Source of the DNA: Acidimicrobiia bacterium
GTDB taxonomy: Bacteria > Actinomycetota > Acidimicrobiia > Spongiisociales > ZC4RG35
DNA: 64,000 nucleotides
Direction of reading: 5' to 3'
NCBI GenBank assembly: GCA_965215185.1
Contig: OZ244034.1
Location: 2,240,001-2,304,000, forward strand
Part shown: positions 39,960-48,937 of the stretch, piece after piece
Layout of the letters: each line of letters starts with the position of its first letter
Numbering within the stretch: position 1 is the first letter of the stretch
Program-made: the position numbers and the translations under genes
Notes under the pieces: generated by a model
Database searches by the model: none
Told to the model about the DNA's origin: nothing
The model's input: the letters and a program-made list of their open reading frames with translations, nothing else

Positions 39960-40887
39960 CATCTTCACCAGCGTCGTGATCGTTGCCACCCTGTCCTCGG
40001 GGATCCGCTTGGCCGTGCCCCTGTTGCTGGCCTCCCTGGGAGAGGCGTTCGGGCAACGCAGTGGGGTGCTCAACCTCGGAGTGGACGGGATAATGCTGCT
40101 GGGAGCCTTCGGCGGCTATTACACGGCCCTCAAAACACAGAGTCCCTGGCTCGGGTTGCTGGTGGGTCTGGGGGTAGGTCTGGTGCTGGGACTGATCTCC
40201 GCGGTGATCAGCGTTACCCTCTTGGCGGAACAAGGCATCAGCGGAATCGGCGTGTACCTGTTCGGGCTGGGGATGAGCGACCTCCTGTTCCAAAAGTTGG
40301 TGGGAACTCCTCGGCCCATCCAGCCGTTCCCCAAGGCGCCCATCCCGCTTCTCTCTGATATTCCGGTGGTGGGTGATCTTCTGTTTAATCACAACATCCC
40401 TATCTATCTTGCCTTTCTGGCTATTCCAATTTCCACCTTGATCATCAACCGCACCCGATTCGGGATGAACATTCGGGCAGTGGGAGAGAACCCGGAAGCG
40501 GCCGACTCGCAGGGAATCAGCGTGGCGAAAGTCCGCTACGCGTCGGTAACCATTGGAGGGATCCTGGGAGGCGGGGCGGGGGCGGTGCTGGCTCTCAGCT
40601 TGGGAATATTTCAGCAGAACCTCACCAATGCCCAGGGCTTCATCGCCATCGCCCTGGTCTATTTCGGGGCATGGAGACCCCTGGGAGTGATGGCCGGTTC
40701 GCTCGTGTACGGACTGGTCTCCGCCGTGGTTTTGCTGCTCAAAACCCGGGGAATCATCCCGCTGGGCGCCTCCGACCTGGCCGCCATGATTCCCGCGGTC
40801 ATCACCGTCCTAGCGCTGGTGGTGGCGGCGAGGCGGTTCCGCGCTCCCAGCGCCCTCACGAAACCCTTTATGCGGGGGGCATCATGA
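39952..40887 (+). CDS. Nucleoside/sugar (CUT2) ABC transporter permease
   Basis: QRSGVLNLGVDG, IRAVGENP, GFIAIALVYFG. Confidence 0.92.
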   Translation: MADIFTSVVIVATLSSGIRLAVPLLLASLGEAFGQRSGVLNLGVDGIMLLGAFGGYYTALKTQSPWLGLLVGLGVGLVLGLISAVISVTLLAEQGISGIGVYLFGLGMSDLLFQKLVGTPRPIQPFPKAPIPLLSDIPVVGDLLFNHNIPIYLAFLAIPISTLIINRTRFGMNIRAVGENPEAADSQGISVAKVRYASVTIGGILGGGAGAVLALSLGIFQQNLTNAQGFIAIALVYFGAWRPLGVMAGSLVYGLVSAVVLLLKTRGIIPLGASDLAAMIPAVITVLALVVAARRFRAPSALTKPFMRGAS

Positions 40888-40941
40888 AGACTTTGATCCG
40901 ACAGTCCCTTAAGCAACCCATACGACCCAAGGAGCAAATCC

Positions 40942-42942
40942 ATGCACACCTATAAGAAACCGGGCTTCGCCAGGCTGTTAGCCCTGGCAGCGGTTCTCGC
41001 CCTGGTGGCGGCCGCCTGCGGAGACGACGCTGACGCCCCCGACACCACGGCCGCAGCCACACCGCAAACCACGGCCGCAGCCACACCGCAAACCACGGCC
41101 GCTGACGCCCCCGACACACCCGAAGCGATGGAGCCGATGGAGCCGTTGCGGATTGCGATCGTTGCGCCGAGCGCTTCCAATGACTTGGCGTTCACACAGA
41201 GCATCGTGGATGCGGTGAACGTGATCGTGGCCGAACATCCGGGTACCGAGGTGGCCATCACCGACGGGACCTTCATAGTTGACGACGCGGCTGCCGCGAT
41301 TCGTGGTTACGCCCAGGACGGGTATGACCTGGTAATCGCGCACGGTTCCCAGTACGGAGGCCCGTTGGAGGAGATCGCCGCAGATTTCCCCGATACCGCT
41401 TTCGCGTGGGGAACTTCTTCTGACACCTTCGGCCTGTCCAACGTCAGCGCCTACACCGCGGCTTCCGACCAGGGCGGCTACGTGATGGGTGTGATCGCGG
41501 CGGGACTCTCGAATTCGGGAGTGATCGGCGTGGTCGGTCCCATCGAAGTGGGCGACGCCAAGCTGTATGTGGACGGTTTCCACAACGGCGCGGTGGCCTC
41601 TGGTGATGTGACCGTCAACATCAACTACATCGGTTCGTTCAGCGACGTGGCTTTGGCTTCCGAAGCAGCGCAGGCGCATGTGGCGTCCGGCGCGGACGTG
41701 CTGACCGGCTCTGCCCAGATGGTGGTCGGAGCGGTGGGCGTCGCCCAAGCCAACGGAGCGTTGTGGTTCGGTACCCAGGCCAACCAGACCGACCTGGCGC
41801 CCAGCCAGGTAGTGGCATCCCAGGTGTACAAGTGGGAAGTGGTCCTACGCCAGATCCTGGCCGACCACTCCGCAGGAACACTGGGCGGCAAATCCTATGA
41901 GATCGACCTGGCCAACGGCGGCCTGGTAATCGAATACAACGACGGATTCAGCCTCCCCGCCGACCTACGCGCCGCAGCCGACAACGCCGCCGCCGGAATC
42001 ATCAGCGGCGCCGTCAACACCATGGACGCGATGCCGATGGAGCCGATGGAGCCGTTGCGGATTGCGATCGTTGCGCCGAGCGCTTCCAATGACTTGGCGT
42101 TCACACAGAGCATCGTGGATGCGGTGAACGTGATCGTGGCCGAACATCCGGGTACCGAGGTGGCCATCACCGACGGGACCTTCATAGTTGACGACGCGGC
42201 TGCCGCGATTCGTGGTTACGCCCAGGACGGGTATGACCTGGTAATCGCCCACGGTTCCCAGTACGGAGGCCCGTTGGAGGAGATCGCCGCAGATTTCCCC
42301 GATACCGCTTTCGCGTGGGGAACTTCTTCTGACACCTTCGGCCTGTCCAACGTCAGCGCCTACACCGCCGCTTCCGACCAAGGTGGCTACGTGATGGGCG
42401 TGGTGGCCGCCTTGCTGTCCCAGTCGGGAGTGATCGGTGTGGTCGGTCCCATCGAAGTGGGCGACGCCAAGCTGTACGTGGACGGTTTCCACAACGGCGC
42501 AGTCGCCACCGGTGATGTGACCGTCAACATCAACTACATCGGCTCGTTCAGTGATGTGGCTTTGGCTTCCGAAGCAGCGCAGGCGCATGTGGCGTCCGGC
42601 GCGGACGTGCTGACCGGCTCTGCCCAGATGGTGGTCGGAGCGGTGGGCGTCGCCCAAGCCAACGGAGCGTTGTGGTTCGGTACCCAGGCCAACCAGACCG
42701 ACCTGGCGCCCAGCCAGGTAGTGGCATCCCAGGTGTACAAGTGGGAAGTGGTCCTACGCCAGATCCTGGCCGACCACTCCGCAGGAACACTGGGCGGCAA
42801 GGCCTACGAGATCAACCTCGCCAACGGCGGACTGGTTTTGGAACCCAACCCGGCATTCGATATACCCCCGCAGATGTTGACTCAGGTTGCCACCGTGGTT
42901 CAGGGAATCATCGACGGCACCATCGATACCGGCGCCAACTAA
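40942..42942 (+). CDS. BMP-family nucleoside-binding lipoprotein with two tandem BMP domains
   Basis: Lipobox AAAC; the BMP unit (NDLAFTQS, GYDLVIAHGSQY, YIGSFSD) occurs twice. Confidence 0.92.
   Translation: MHTYKKPGFARLLALAAVLALVAAACGDDADAPDTTAAATPQTTAAATPQTTAADAPDTPEAMEPMEPLRIAIVAPSASNDLAFTQSIVDAVNVIVAEHPGTEVAITDGTFIVDDAAAAIRGYAQDGYDLVIAHGSQYGGPLEEIAADFPDTAFAWGTSSDTFGLSNVSAYTAASDQGGYVMGVIAAGLSNSGVIGVVGPIEVGDAKLYVDGFHNGAVASGDVTVNINYIGSFSDVALASEAAQAHVASGADVLTGSAQMVVGAVGVAQANGALWFGTQANQTDLAPSQVVASQVYKWEVVLRQILADHSAGTLGGKSYEIDLANGGLVIEYNDGFSLPADLRAAADNAAAGIISGAVNTMDAMPMEPMEPLRIAIVAPSASNDLAFTQSIVDAVNVIVAEHPGTEVAITDGTFIVDDAAAAIRGYAQDGYDLVIAHGSQYGGPLEEIAADFPDTAFAWGTSSDTFGLSNVSAYTAASDQGGYVMGVVAALLSQSGVIGVVGPIEVGDAKLYVDGFHNGAVATGDVTVNINYIGSFSDVALASEAAQAHVASGADVLTGSAQMVVGAVGVAQANGALWFGTQANQTDLAPSQVVASQVYKWEVVLRQILADHSAGTLGGKAYEINLANGGLVLEPNPAFDIPPQMLTQVATVVQGIIDGTIDTGAN
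41044..41102 (+). repeat. 24-bp tandem repeat (TTAAATPQ, about 2.5 copies) in the lipoprotein linker
   Basis: ACCACGGCCGCAGCCACACCGCAA at 41044 and 41068, partial copy at 41092. Confidence 0.92.
41126..42836 (+). repeat. About 800-bp near-identical intragenic direct repeat (41126-41927 and 42035-42836, offset 909)
   Basis: Long stretches are identical at DNA level; differences cluster in a central patch and at the 3' end. Confidence 0.95.
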
Positions 42943-42977
42943 CTCAATAGACAAAGGACCAACAAGGTGATAAAACG

Positions 42978-44498
42978 ATGACGCAACTCCTGGAGATGCG
43001 GGGAATCGTTAAGCGCTTTCCCGGCGTGGTGGCCAATGATCAAATTGATTTTGACCTGCGCGCCGGGGAGGTGCACACCCTGCTGGGAGAAAACGGCGCC
43101 GGCAAAAGCACCTTGATGAAGATCCTGTATGGGCTGTATCAGCCTGACGAAGGAGAGATGTTCATCGAAGGGTCGCCTACTCAGATCACCAGCCCCATCG
43201 ACGCCATCAACCATGGTATAGGGATGGTCCACCAACATTTCATGCTGGTGCCATCCCTCACCGTAACCGAGAACGTGGCGATGGGCGCCGTCACATCAAA
43301 GAGGGGACGCATGAATCTGCGGAAGGTCGCTGACCGGATTAACGAGCTGTCGGAGTCCCATGGTCTGGCAGTGGACCCCGACGCTCACATCTGGCAACTG
43401 TCCGTGGGAGAGCGCCAAAGGGTGGAAATCATCAAGGCCCTCTACCGCGACGTCAAAATGCTGGTGCTGGACGAACCCACCGCGGTGCTGACCCCCGGCG
43501 AGGTGGAACACCTCTTCACAATCCTTCGGCAGATGGCCGCAGGCGGACGGGGATTGGTGTTTATCTCCCACAAGCTCCACGAGGTGCTGGCCCTCAGTGA
43601 CCGGGTCACCGTGCTTCGGCACGGGAAGGTGATGGGCGAAGTCCCGGCCAAGGACGCCACCCGCGAAAACCTGGCTTCGATGATGGTGGGCCGTCCGGTT
43701 CGCCTAGCGCCTGACAAACCGCCGCTGGAACGGGGTAAGGCCCGTTTGACCATCCGCGACCTGACCGTCATGGGTGACCGGGGCATCCCGAGCCTGGAGG
43801 ACCTGAACCTCACGGTGCACGAAGGTGAGATTCTGGGGATCGCCGGCGTGTCCGGCAATGGCCAACGCGAATTGGCTGAAGCCATCGCCGGGCTGCGGGC
43901 GCCGCGTTCGGGCACCATTGAAGTGGACGACGTTGATGTCACAGGCCAGAAGCCCGCGGCGGTAAGAGCTGCTGGATTGGCGTATGTTCCCGAAGAACGC
44001 CAACGCGACGGCGCTATCGGAGCGTTCACCGTCTCCGAAAACCTGATTCTGGTGAACCACCGCCATGTCCCCCTGAGCCGCCGGGGATTCCTTCGCAACA
44101 GAGAAATCCGTCAACACAGCCAGGAGTTGGTTGACCAATATTCGGTGGCCACCCCCAACTTGGAAGTCCCGGCGTCTAACCTTTCGGGAGGCAACCTCCA
44201 AAAATTGATCTTGGCCCGGGAGCTTTCGGGGTCTCCCTCGGTGCTGGTGGCTTCCCAGCCCACCCGGGGAGTGGATATCGGTGCCGCCGAATACATCCAC
44301 GACCGGCTCATCGAGCAACGAGGCTCCAAATCGGTGGCCATCCTGCTGATCTCAGAGGATCTGGATGAAGTCTTGGGATTGGCCGACCGGATCGCGGTCA
44401 TCTACGAGGGGCGAATCGTGGGAGAGGTCGATGCGAAAAGCGCCGACCGACAGCAAATTGGCCTGTTGATGGCCGGGGTTTCTACCGCGGTGGCCTGA
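42978..44498 (+). CDS. CUT2 ABC transporter ATP-binding protein
   Basis: GENGAGKST, LSVGERQR, LSGGNLQK. Confidence 0.95.
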   Translation: MTQLLEMRGIVKRFPGVVANDQIDFDLRAGEVHTLLGENGAGKSTLMKILYGLYQPDEGEMFIEGSPTQITSPIDAINHGIGMVHQHFMLVPSLTVTENVAMGAVTSKRGRMNLRKVADRINELSESHGLAVDPDAHIWQLSVGERQRVEIIKALYRDVKMLVLDEPTAVLTPGEVEHLFTILRQMAAGGRGLVFISHKLHEVLALSDRVTVLRHGKVMGEVPAKDATRENLASMMVGRPVRLAPDKPPLERGKARLTIRDLTVMGDRGIPSLEDLNLTVHEGEILGIAGVSGNGQRELAEAIAGLRAPRSGTIEVDDVDVTGQKPAAVRAAGLAYVPEERQRDGAIGAFTVSENLILVNHRHVPLSRRGFLRNREIRQHSQELVDQYSVATPNLEVPASNLSGGNLQKLILARELSGSPSVLVASQPTRGVDIGAAEYIHDRLIEQRGSKSVAILLISEDLDEVLGLADRIAVIYEGRIVGEVDAKSADRQQIGLLMAGVSTAVA

Positions 44499-44541
44499 CC
44501 GCCTTGTTCTAGTTGATTATCAGCAGCAGAGGAGACATTCC

Positions 44542-45387
44542 ATGTCCAACCAAGTCGTAACCGCCGCTCTGGTCCAGTCGGAGTGGACCGGAGACTCCGA
44601 ATCCATGGTGGAGAAAAATATGGGGTACGCCCGGGAAGCGGCCGAGCGGGGAGCGCAGGTGCTTTGCTTCCAGGAAGTTTTCAACAGCCCCTATTTCTGC
44701 GCCGTCCAGGACAGTGACAACTACTCTTACGCCGAACCCATTCCCGACGGTCCGACCATCCGAGGCATGATCTCCCTGGCCAAGGAGACCGGGATGGTGC
44801 TGGTGGTTCCCATCTACGAGGTGGAGGATGAGGGAACCTTTTACAACACCGCGGCTGTGATAGACGCCGACGGGACCTATCTGGGAAAATACCGCAAGAC
44901 CCACATCCCCCAGGTGAAAGGTTTCTGGGAAAAGTTCTACTTCCGTCCCGGCAACCTGGGGTATCCGGTGTTCGACACCGCAGTGGGAAGGATCGGGGTG
45001 TACATTTGCTATGACCGTCACTTCCCCGAGGGATGGCGGGTGCTGGGTTTGAAAGGCGCCCGGATCGTGTTCAACCCCTCCGCCACCACTCGCGGCCACT
45101 CCAAGCATCTTTGGCAGTTGGAGCAGCCGGCCGCGGCCGTGGCGAACGAGTACTACGTGGGGGCTATCAACAGGGTTGGGGCAGAAGACCTGGAGGGAAC
45201 CGACTACTACGGTTCCTCATATTTTGCCAATCCCCGTGGAGAGATCGTGGGCGAAACCGCCTCGGACACCGAAGACGAGGTTCTGGTGCGCCAACTCGAC
45301 CTGGGACTGGTGGAGGAGGTCCGGCGCTACTGGGCCTTCTACCGAGACCGTCGGCCGGAGGTTTACGAAACGGTCGCCGCTCTCTAA
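44542..45387 (+). CDS. Beta-ureidopropionase-like nitrilase-family hydrolase
   Basis: CFQEVF, YRKTHIP, FWEKFYFRPGN, ICYDRHFPE, FYRDRRP. Confidence 0.9.
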   Translation: MSNQVVTAALVQSEWTGDSESMVEKNMGYAREAAERGAQVLCFQEVFNSPYFCAVQDSDNYSYAEPIPDGPTIRGMISLAKETGMVLVVPIYEVEDEGTFYNTAAVIDADGTYLGKYRKTHIPQVKGFWEKFYFRPGNLGYPVFDTAVGRIGVYICYDRHFPEGWRVLGLKGARIVFNPSATTRGHSKHLWQLEQPAAAVANEYYVGAINRVGAEDLEGTDYYGSSYFANPRGEIVGETASDTEDEVLVRQLDLGLVEEVRRYWAFYRDRRPEVYETVAAL

Positions 45388-45870
45388 AGAAAGGGCAACG
45401 AGGAAGAGGGAAGTGCCGGGCTCACCTGCAATTCGGTTCTCTTCATACGGGCGTAGTTGGCCTTGATCTTGAGGATGGTGGACTGAAAGACTTCCTGCTC
45501 TTCTGGGGTGATCCCTTCCGTGAGCTTTTTCTCAAACGCCGTCGCCCGGCCTTGAAGTTCCGTGAGCACCCTCTCTCCCTCTTCGGTCAAACGCAGATGG
45601 ACCACGCGCTGGTCTATCGGCGAACGTATTTTGTGCAGTAGGCCGCCCTGGACAAGATTATTTACGAGACGGGTTGGTTGGGTAGAGCCGGGCCAACTGT
45701 GCACCAGTCCACTCGTCCCTTGCCAGGGAAGCCCGGAGAACCGCGAACTTCCAGGGTTTTGTGGACCCTATTTCATCCGATATTGCCCCGTACAACTGGT
45801 TCATAAGGCTCCCAACAGAACCCAGCAATTCTAGGGTTGGTGGGCACTCCGGGACATCCTGCTCGCTCAA
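45384..45870 (-). pseudogene. MarR-family regulator, frameshifted in the recognition helix
   Basis: ORF 45658..45870 (...QLARLYPTNPSR) and 45384..45704 (LVNNLVQGGL...DQRVVHLRLTEEG) together align to the adjacent intact paralog. Confidence 0.85.
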
Positions 45871-46250
45871 CTTTGGCTCCTTATCGTCACATCGCCACGA
45901 TTGCTATGTTCTCTTAAATAGGTAGCTCTATCGTGCTCTGCCCTCAGAGTCACTGTCGAGCAAAACAGTGAGGCCAAGCGTTCGGGCTTCACTTTGTTGA
46001 GTGGTGGGTTTCCCTTATGACCAACCGCCATGACATACCCGACATTTGGCGCCTTTGGCCTTTTGGCCATTTGGACCACCCAAACAGAGTCCGCTCACCT
46101 CACCCGGACCGGTTCCAAAAAACCGGTGTGGAGATGGTTAGGAAAGACCACCTCGGGTACCAGAGATGAGACAGCAACGCGCTGACCCAACCTGAAAGCG
46201 GGAAAAAGTGTGTCCTGTCGAGCCTTCTACCGCGACCGCCGACCGCACGT

Positions 46251-46742
46251 CTACAAAGAGATCGCCGACATCTGAGAGAAGGATTGCTCTGAGGAAGGAA
46301 CTTCCGGGCCGCGTTCGTGTATGACCGTCTCGTAGTTGGCTTTCATCTTGCGCATCGTGTTCAGGAAGCCAATCAGTTCTTCATAGGAGATATCTTTTGT
46401 GATGATGGCTCCCAGGGAAATCACCCTTCCACAAAGCTCCCTGACTGTGTCTTTTCCTTCATCGGTCAGACGCAGTTTCACCACCCGCTGGTCGCTGGGC
46501 AAGCGCACTTTGCTGATCAAGCCCTTTTTGACCAACTTGTTCATCACCCGACTGATGCGGGAGGGATCGGTTGGATACGCCCGCGCCAGTTGCGTAACAG
46601 CCCATTCCTCTTTAGCAAAAAATGCTCGCAGAATCGCAAACTCCCAGAGCTTGAAAGGCGCTATTTCGTCCTCTACAGCCGCGTAGAGGCGATTCACCAA
46701 CCCTTCCGCAGATGCCAGCAAGTCCCGAGAAGTCCCGGCCAC
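46251..46742 (-). CDS. MarR-family transcriptional regulator
   Basis: TQLARAYPTDPSRISRVMNKLVKKGLI...DQRVVKLRLTDEG. Confidence 0.9.
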   Translation of the reverse strand: MAGTSRDLLASAEGLVNRLYAAVEDEIAPFKLWEFAILRAFFAKEEWAVTQLARAYPTDPSRISRVMNKLVKKGLISKVRLPSDQRVVKLRLTDEGKDTVRELCGRVISLGAIITKDISYEELIGFLNTMRKMKANYETVIHERGPEVPSSEQSFSQMSAISL

Positions 46743-47014
46743 CCGAGGAACATCTCCTCCCAGGTCCGATTCTTACCTCACTACCTTAGACAAGGGAAAA
46801 CGAGTTTAGGTATATGAACTCCAATCTGTCAATCGGGCTGCTTGGCGGACGACCAGACAGAGAAGGGATCGCTGCCCATTTCCGCCACCTACCCGCGCTA
46901 TACACCGGCGTGGCCTCGCCACTCTCGGCGGGAAAACCCCACATCGCTATAGGGGACTTTGGCGGTTCTTCCTTGGGGGGGGGCGGGCGCCGCTCTTTGT
47001 GGCCGCGGTGGTTT

Positions 47015-48061
47015 CTAAGTCCCATCCTTATCAGTTGTCTGATCGGCCCTCACCCACACGGTACGTTGCGGGAATGGTATCTCAATACCAGCCTCGTCCA
47101 ACGCCTCCTTTAGGCGACCACGTAGCTCCCGGGCGGTGGCCCACTGCTCACCCGGTTCTGTCCTGACCATCAGTCGAATCGCTATAGAGCTCTCGCCGAG
47201 GCTTTGGACGCCAGCCATTGTGGGCTCCGCGATGATTGTGGCATTCGGCAATTGCTGACGCCACACCTCGTCGGCCACTTGCTTGATCACAGCCATCGCC
47301 GCCTTGATATCTGTGTCGTACGCCACCTCGATATCCAGCACCGCCTGTCCCCAGTCCTGCGACAGGTTGGCTACCCGCCGGATCTCTCCGTTGGGTATGT
47401 GCCATAGCGTTCCCCGAATGTCCCGGACTTGCGTCGTGCGAAGGTTCACTTCTTCCACCACCCCAACCATGTCACCGAGGTCCACGACATCGCCGACTCC
47501 GTACTGGTCCTCCAGTAACATAAACACCCCTGACAGGAAGTCCTTAACGAGACTCTGTGCGCCAAAGCCAATCGCCACGCCCACTATGCCGGCGCCGGCT
47601 ATAAGGGGTCCCAGGTTCACGTCGAACTCTCCGAGGGACATCATCACGGCCATGCCGTAGATGACCATCGACATGATCGATCGGAGTACTGCTCCAAGTG
47701 TTCTGGTCCGCTGACTGCTCCGTTCCTGACGCTCGACCATCAGCCTGGCCCGGCGGACTGCCGCTTCACGCAAACCCTCGACCCGACTGGAAGCCTCATC
47801 CGACTTCTGCCGGGCTTTCTCGGCCACCCCCGAACGCCGGTCCACCCAACCCTCCACGGCTTGGTCCAGCCACCGCCGTCCGACCCGGTTGATCATCCAG
47901 GCCACCAGAAGAATGATCACGACCTTGATCGGGCGGGCCGCGAAATCAGAGATACGCGCCGCGCTGGTGTTACCGGTCAGATCGAAAACCAGGCTGCACG
48001 CAACCCCCGGATCGGCACCGCACGCGTCGGTCACCGTCTGTGCAATCATCACCAAAGACAT
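47015..48061 (-). CDS. Small-conductance mechanosensitive channel (MscS family)
   Basis: GVAIGFGAQSLVKDFLSG, DQYGVGD, IPNGEI, GIEIPFPQ. Confidence 0.93.
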   Translation of the reverse strand: MSLVMIAQTVTDACGADPGVACSLVFDLTGNTSAARISDFAARPIKVVIILLVAWMINRVGRRWLDQAVEGWVDRRSGVAEKARQKSDEASSRVEGLREAAVRRARLMVERQERSSQRTRTLGAVLRSIMSMVIYGMAVMMSLGEFDVNLGPLIAGAGIVGVAIGFGAQSLVKDFLSGVFMLLEDQYGVGDVVDLGDMVGVVEEVNLRTTQVRDIRGTLWHIPNGEIRRVANLSQDWGQAVLDIEVAYDTDIKAAMAVIKQVADEVWRQQLPNATIIAEPTMAGVQSLGESSIAIRLMVRTEPGEQWATARELRGRLKEALDEAGIEIPFPQRTVWVRADQTTDKDGT

Positions 48062-48177
48062 AGCATTATCCTGACCATTCCCTACCTCAGTCTATTGTGG
48101 CCATCCAAAGCAGCAGCTCACCGACCCAAGGAGAGCAGCCTACGTAGCAGAATTGGTCGGGTACACAGGAGGGCGCA

Positions 48178-48846
48178 ATGAAATTCGTCAACCGGTCCCA
48201 CGCCGGACGAAGACTGGCCCACCTCCTTGACCACGTGCGTGGTGAGCCTGCCGTAGTGCTCGGCCTGCCTCGGGGAGGCATCCCGGTGGGTTTCGAGGTG
48301 GCGCTCCGACTATCGGCGCCTTTGGAAGTACTCCTGGTGCGGAAACTCGGCGTTCCCTTCCAACCCGAGCTCGCCTTCGGCGCACTCGGTGAAGGTGGGA
48401 TACGGATCATCGACGAGGACCGGGTAACACGACTTGGCATTACCCCCGAACAAGTAGACCGTATAGAGCAGCGTGAGCGCCAGGAGATAGCCCGGCAGGC
48501 GAAGTTATACCGGCAAGGCCGTGCAGCCGCCGATCTGAGTATGAAAACCGCGGTGATCGTTGACGACGGGATCGCCACCGGCTCCACCGCCCTAGCCGCC
48601 TGCTCCATCGCCCGCCGCCTTGGCGCTGAGCGGATAATCATGGCCACGCCGGTCGCCCCCCGTAACGCTCCCGCTATCTTCAAGGACGCCGCCGACGAGT
48701 TCGTATCCCTTTCGATCCCGCGACGATTCGCCGCTATAGGTTTCTTCTATACCGATTTCCGACCCACGTCGGACCGTGAAGTGATTGAGCTTCTCGAACG
48801 CGCCCGGAATGGCTTTTCCGGTGACTCCGGGGACACGGTGGATTGA
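48178..48846 (+). CDS. Type I phosphoribosyltransferase-family protein
   Basis: LGLPRGG, VRKLGVP, IVDDGIATGST. Confidence 0.9.
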   Translation: MKFVNRSHAGRRLAHLLDHVRGEPAVVLGLPRGGIPVGFEVALRLSAPLEVLLVRKLGVPFQPELAFGALGEGGIRIIDEDRVTRLGITPEQVDRIEQRERQEIARQAKLYRQGRAAADLSMKTAVIVDDGIATGSTALAACSIARRLGAERIIMATPVAPRNAPAIFKDAADEFVSLSIPRRFAAIGFFYTDFRPTSDREVIELLERARNGFSGDSGDTVD

Positions 48847-48937
48847 AACGCCGCGCAGATCAGGTATGCGCATCCCTGAAGGTGATCGATCCCGCCGCCG
48901 CCCGGCGAAGGCTGACCCCACTCTCCCACCAGAGCAG

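Noticed and set aside
41044-41145. Short repeats as a CRISPR array
   Set aside because: Repeats are contiguous, in frame and encode a lipoprotein linker; no spacers or cas genes.
41126-42836. BMP repeat as a diversity-generating retroelement TR/VR pair
   Set aside because: Differences are not adenine-specific, both copies are coding, and no reverse transcriptase is present.
46975-46983. G9 tract as a phase-variation switch
   Set aside because: Intergenic, just downstream of mscS and over 200 bp from the MarR start; no promoter elements flank it.
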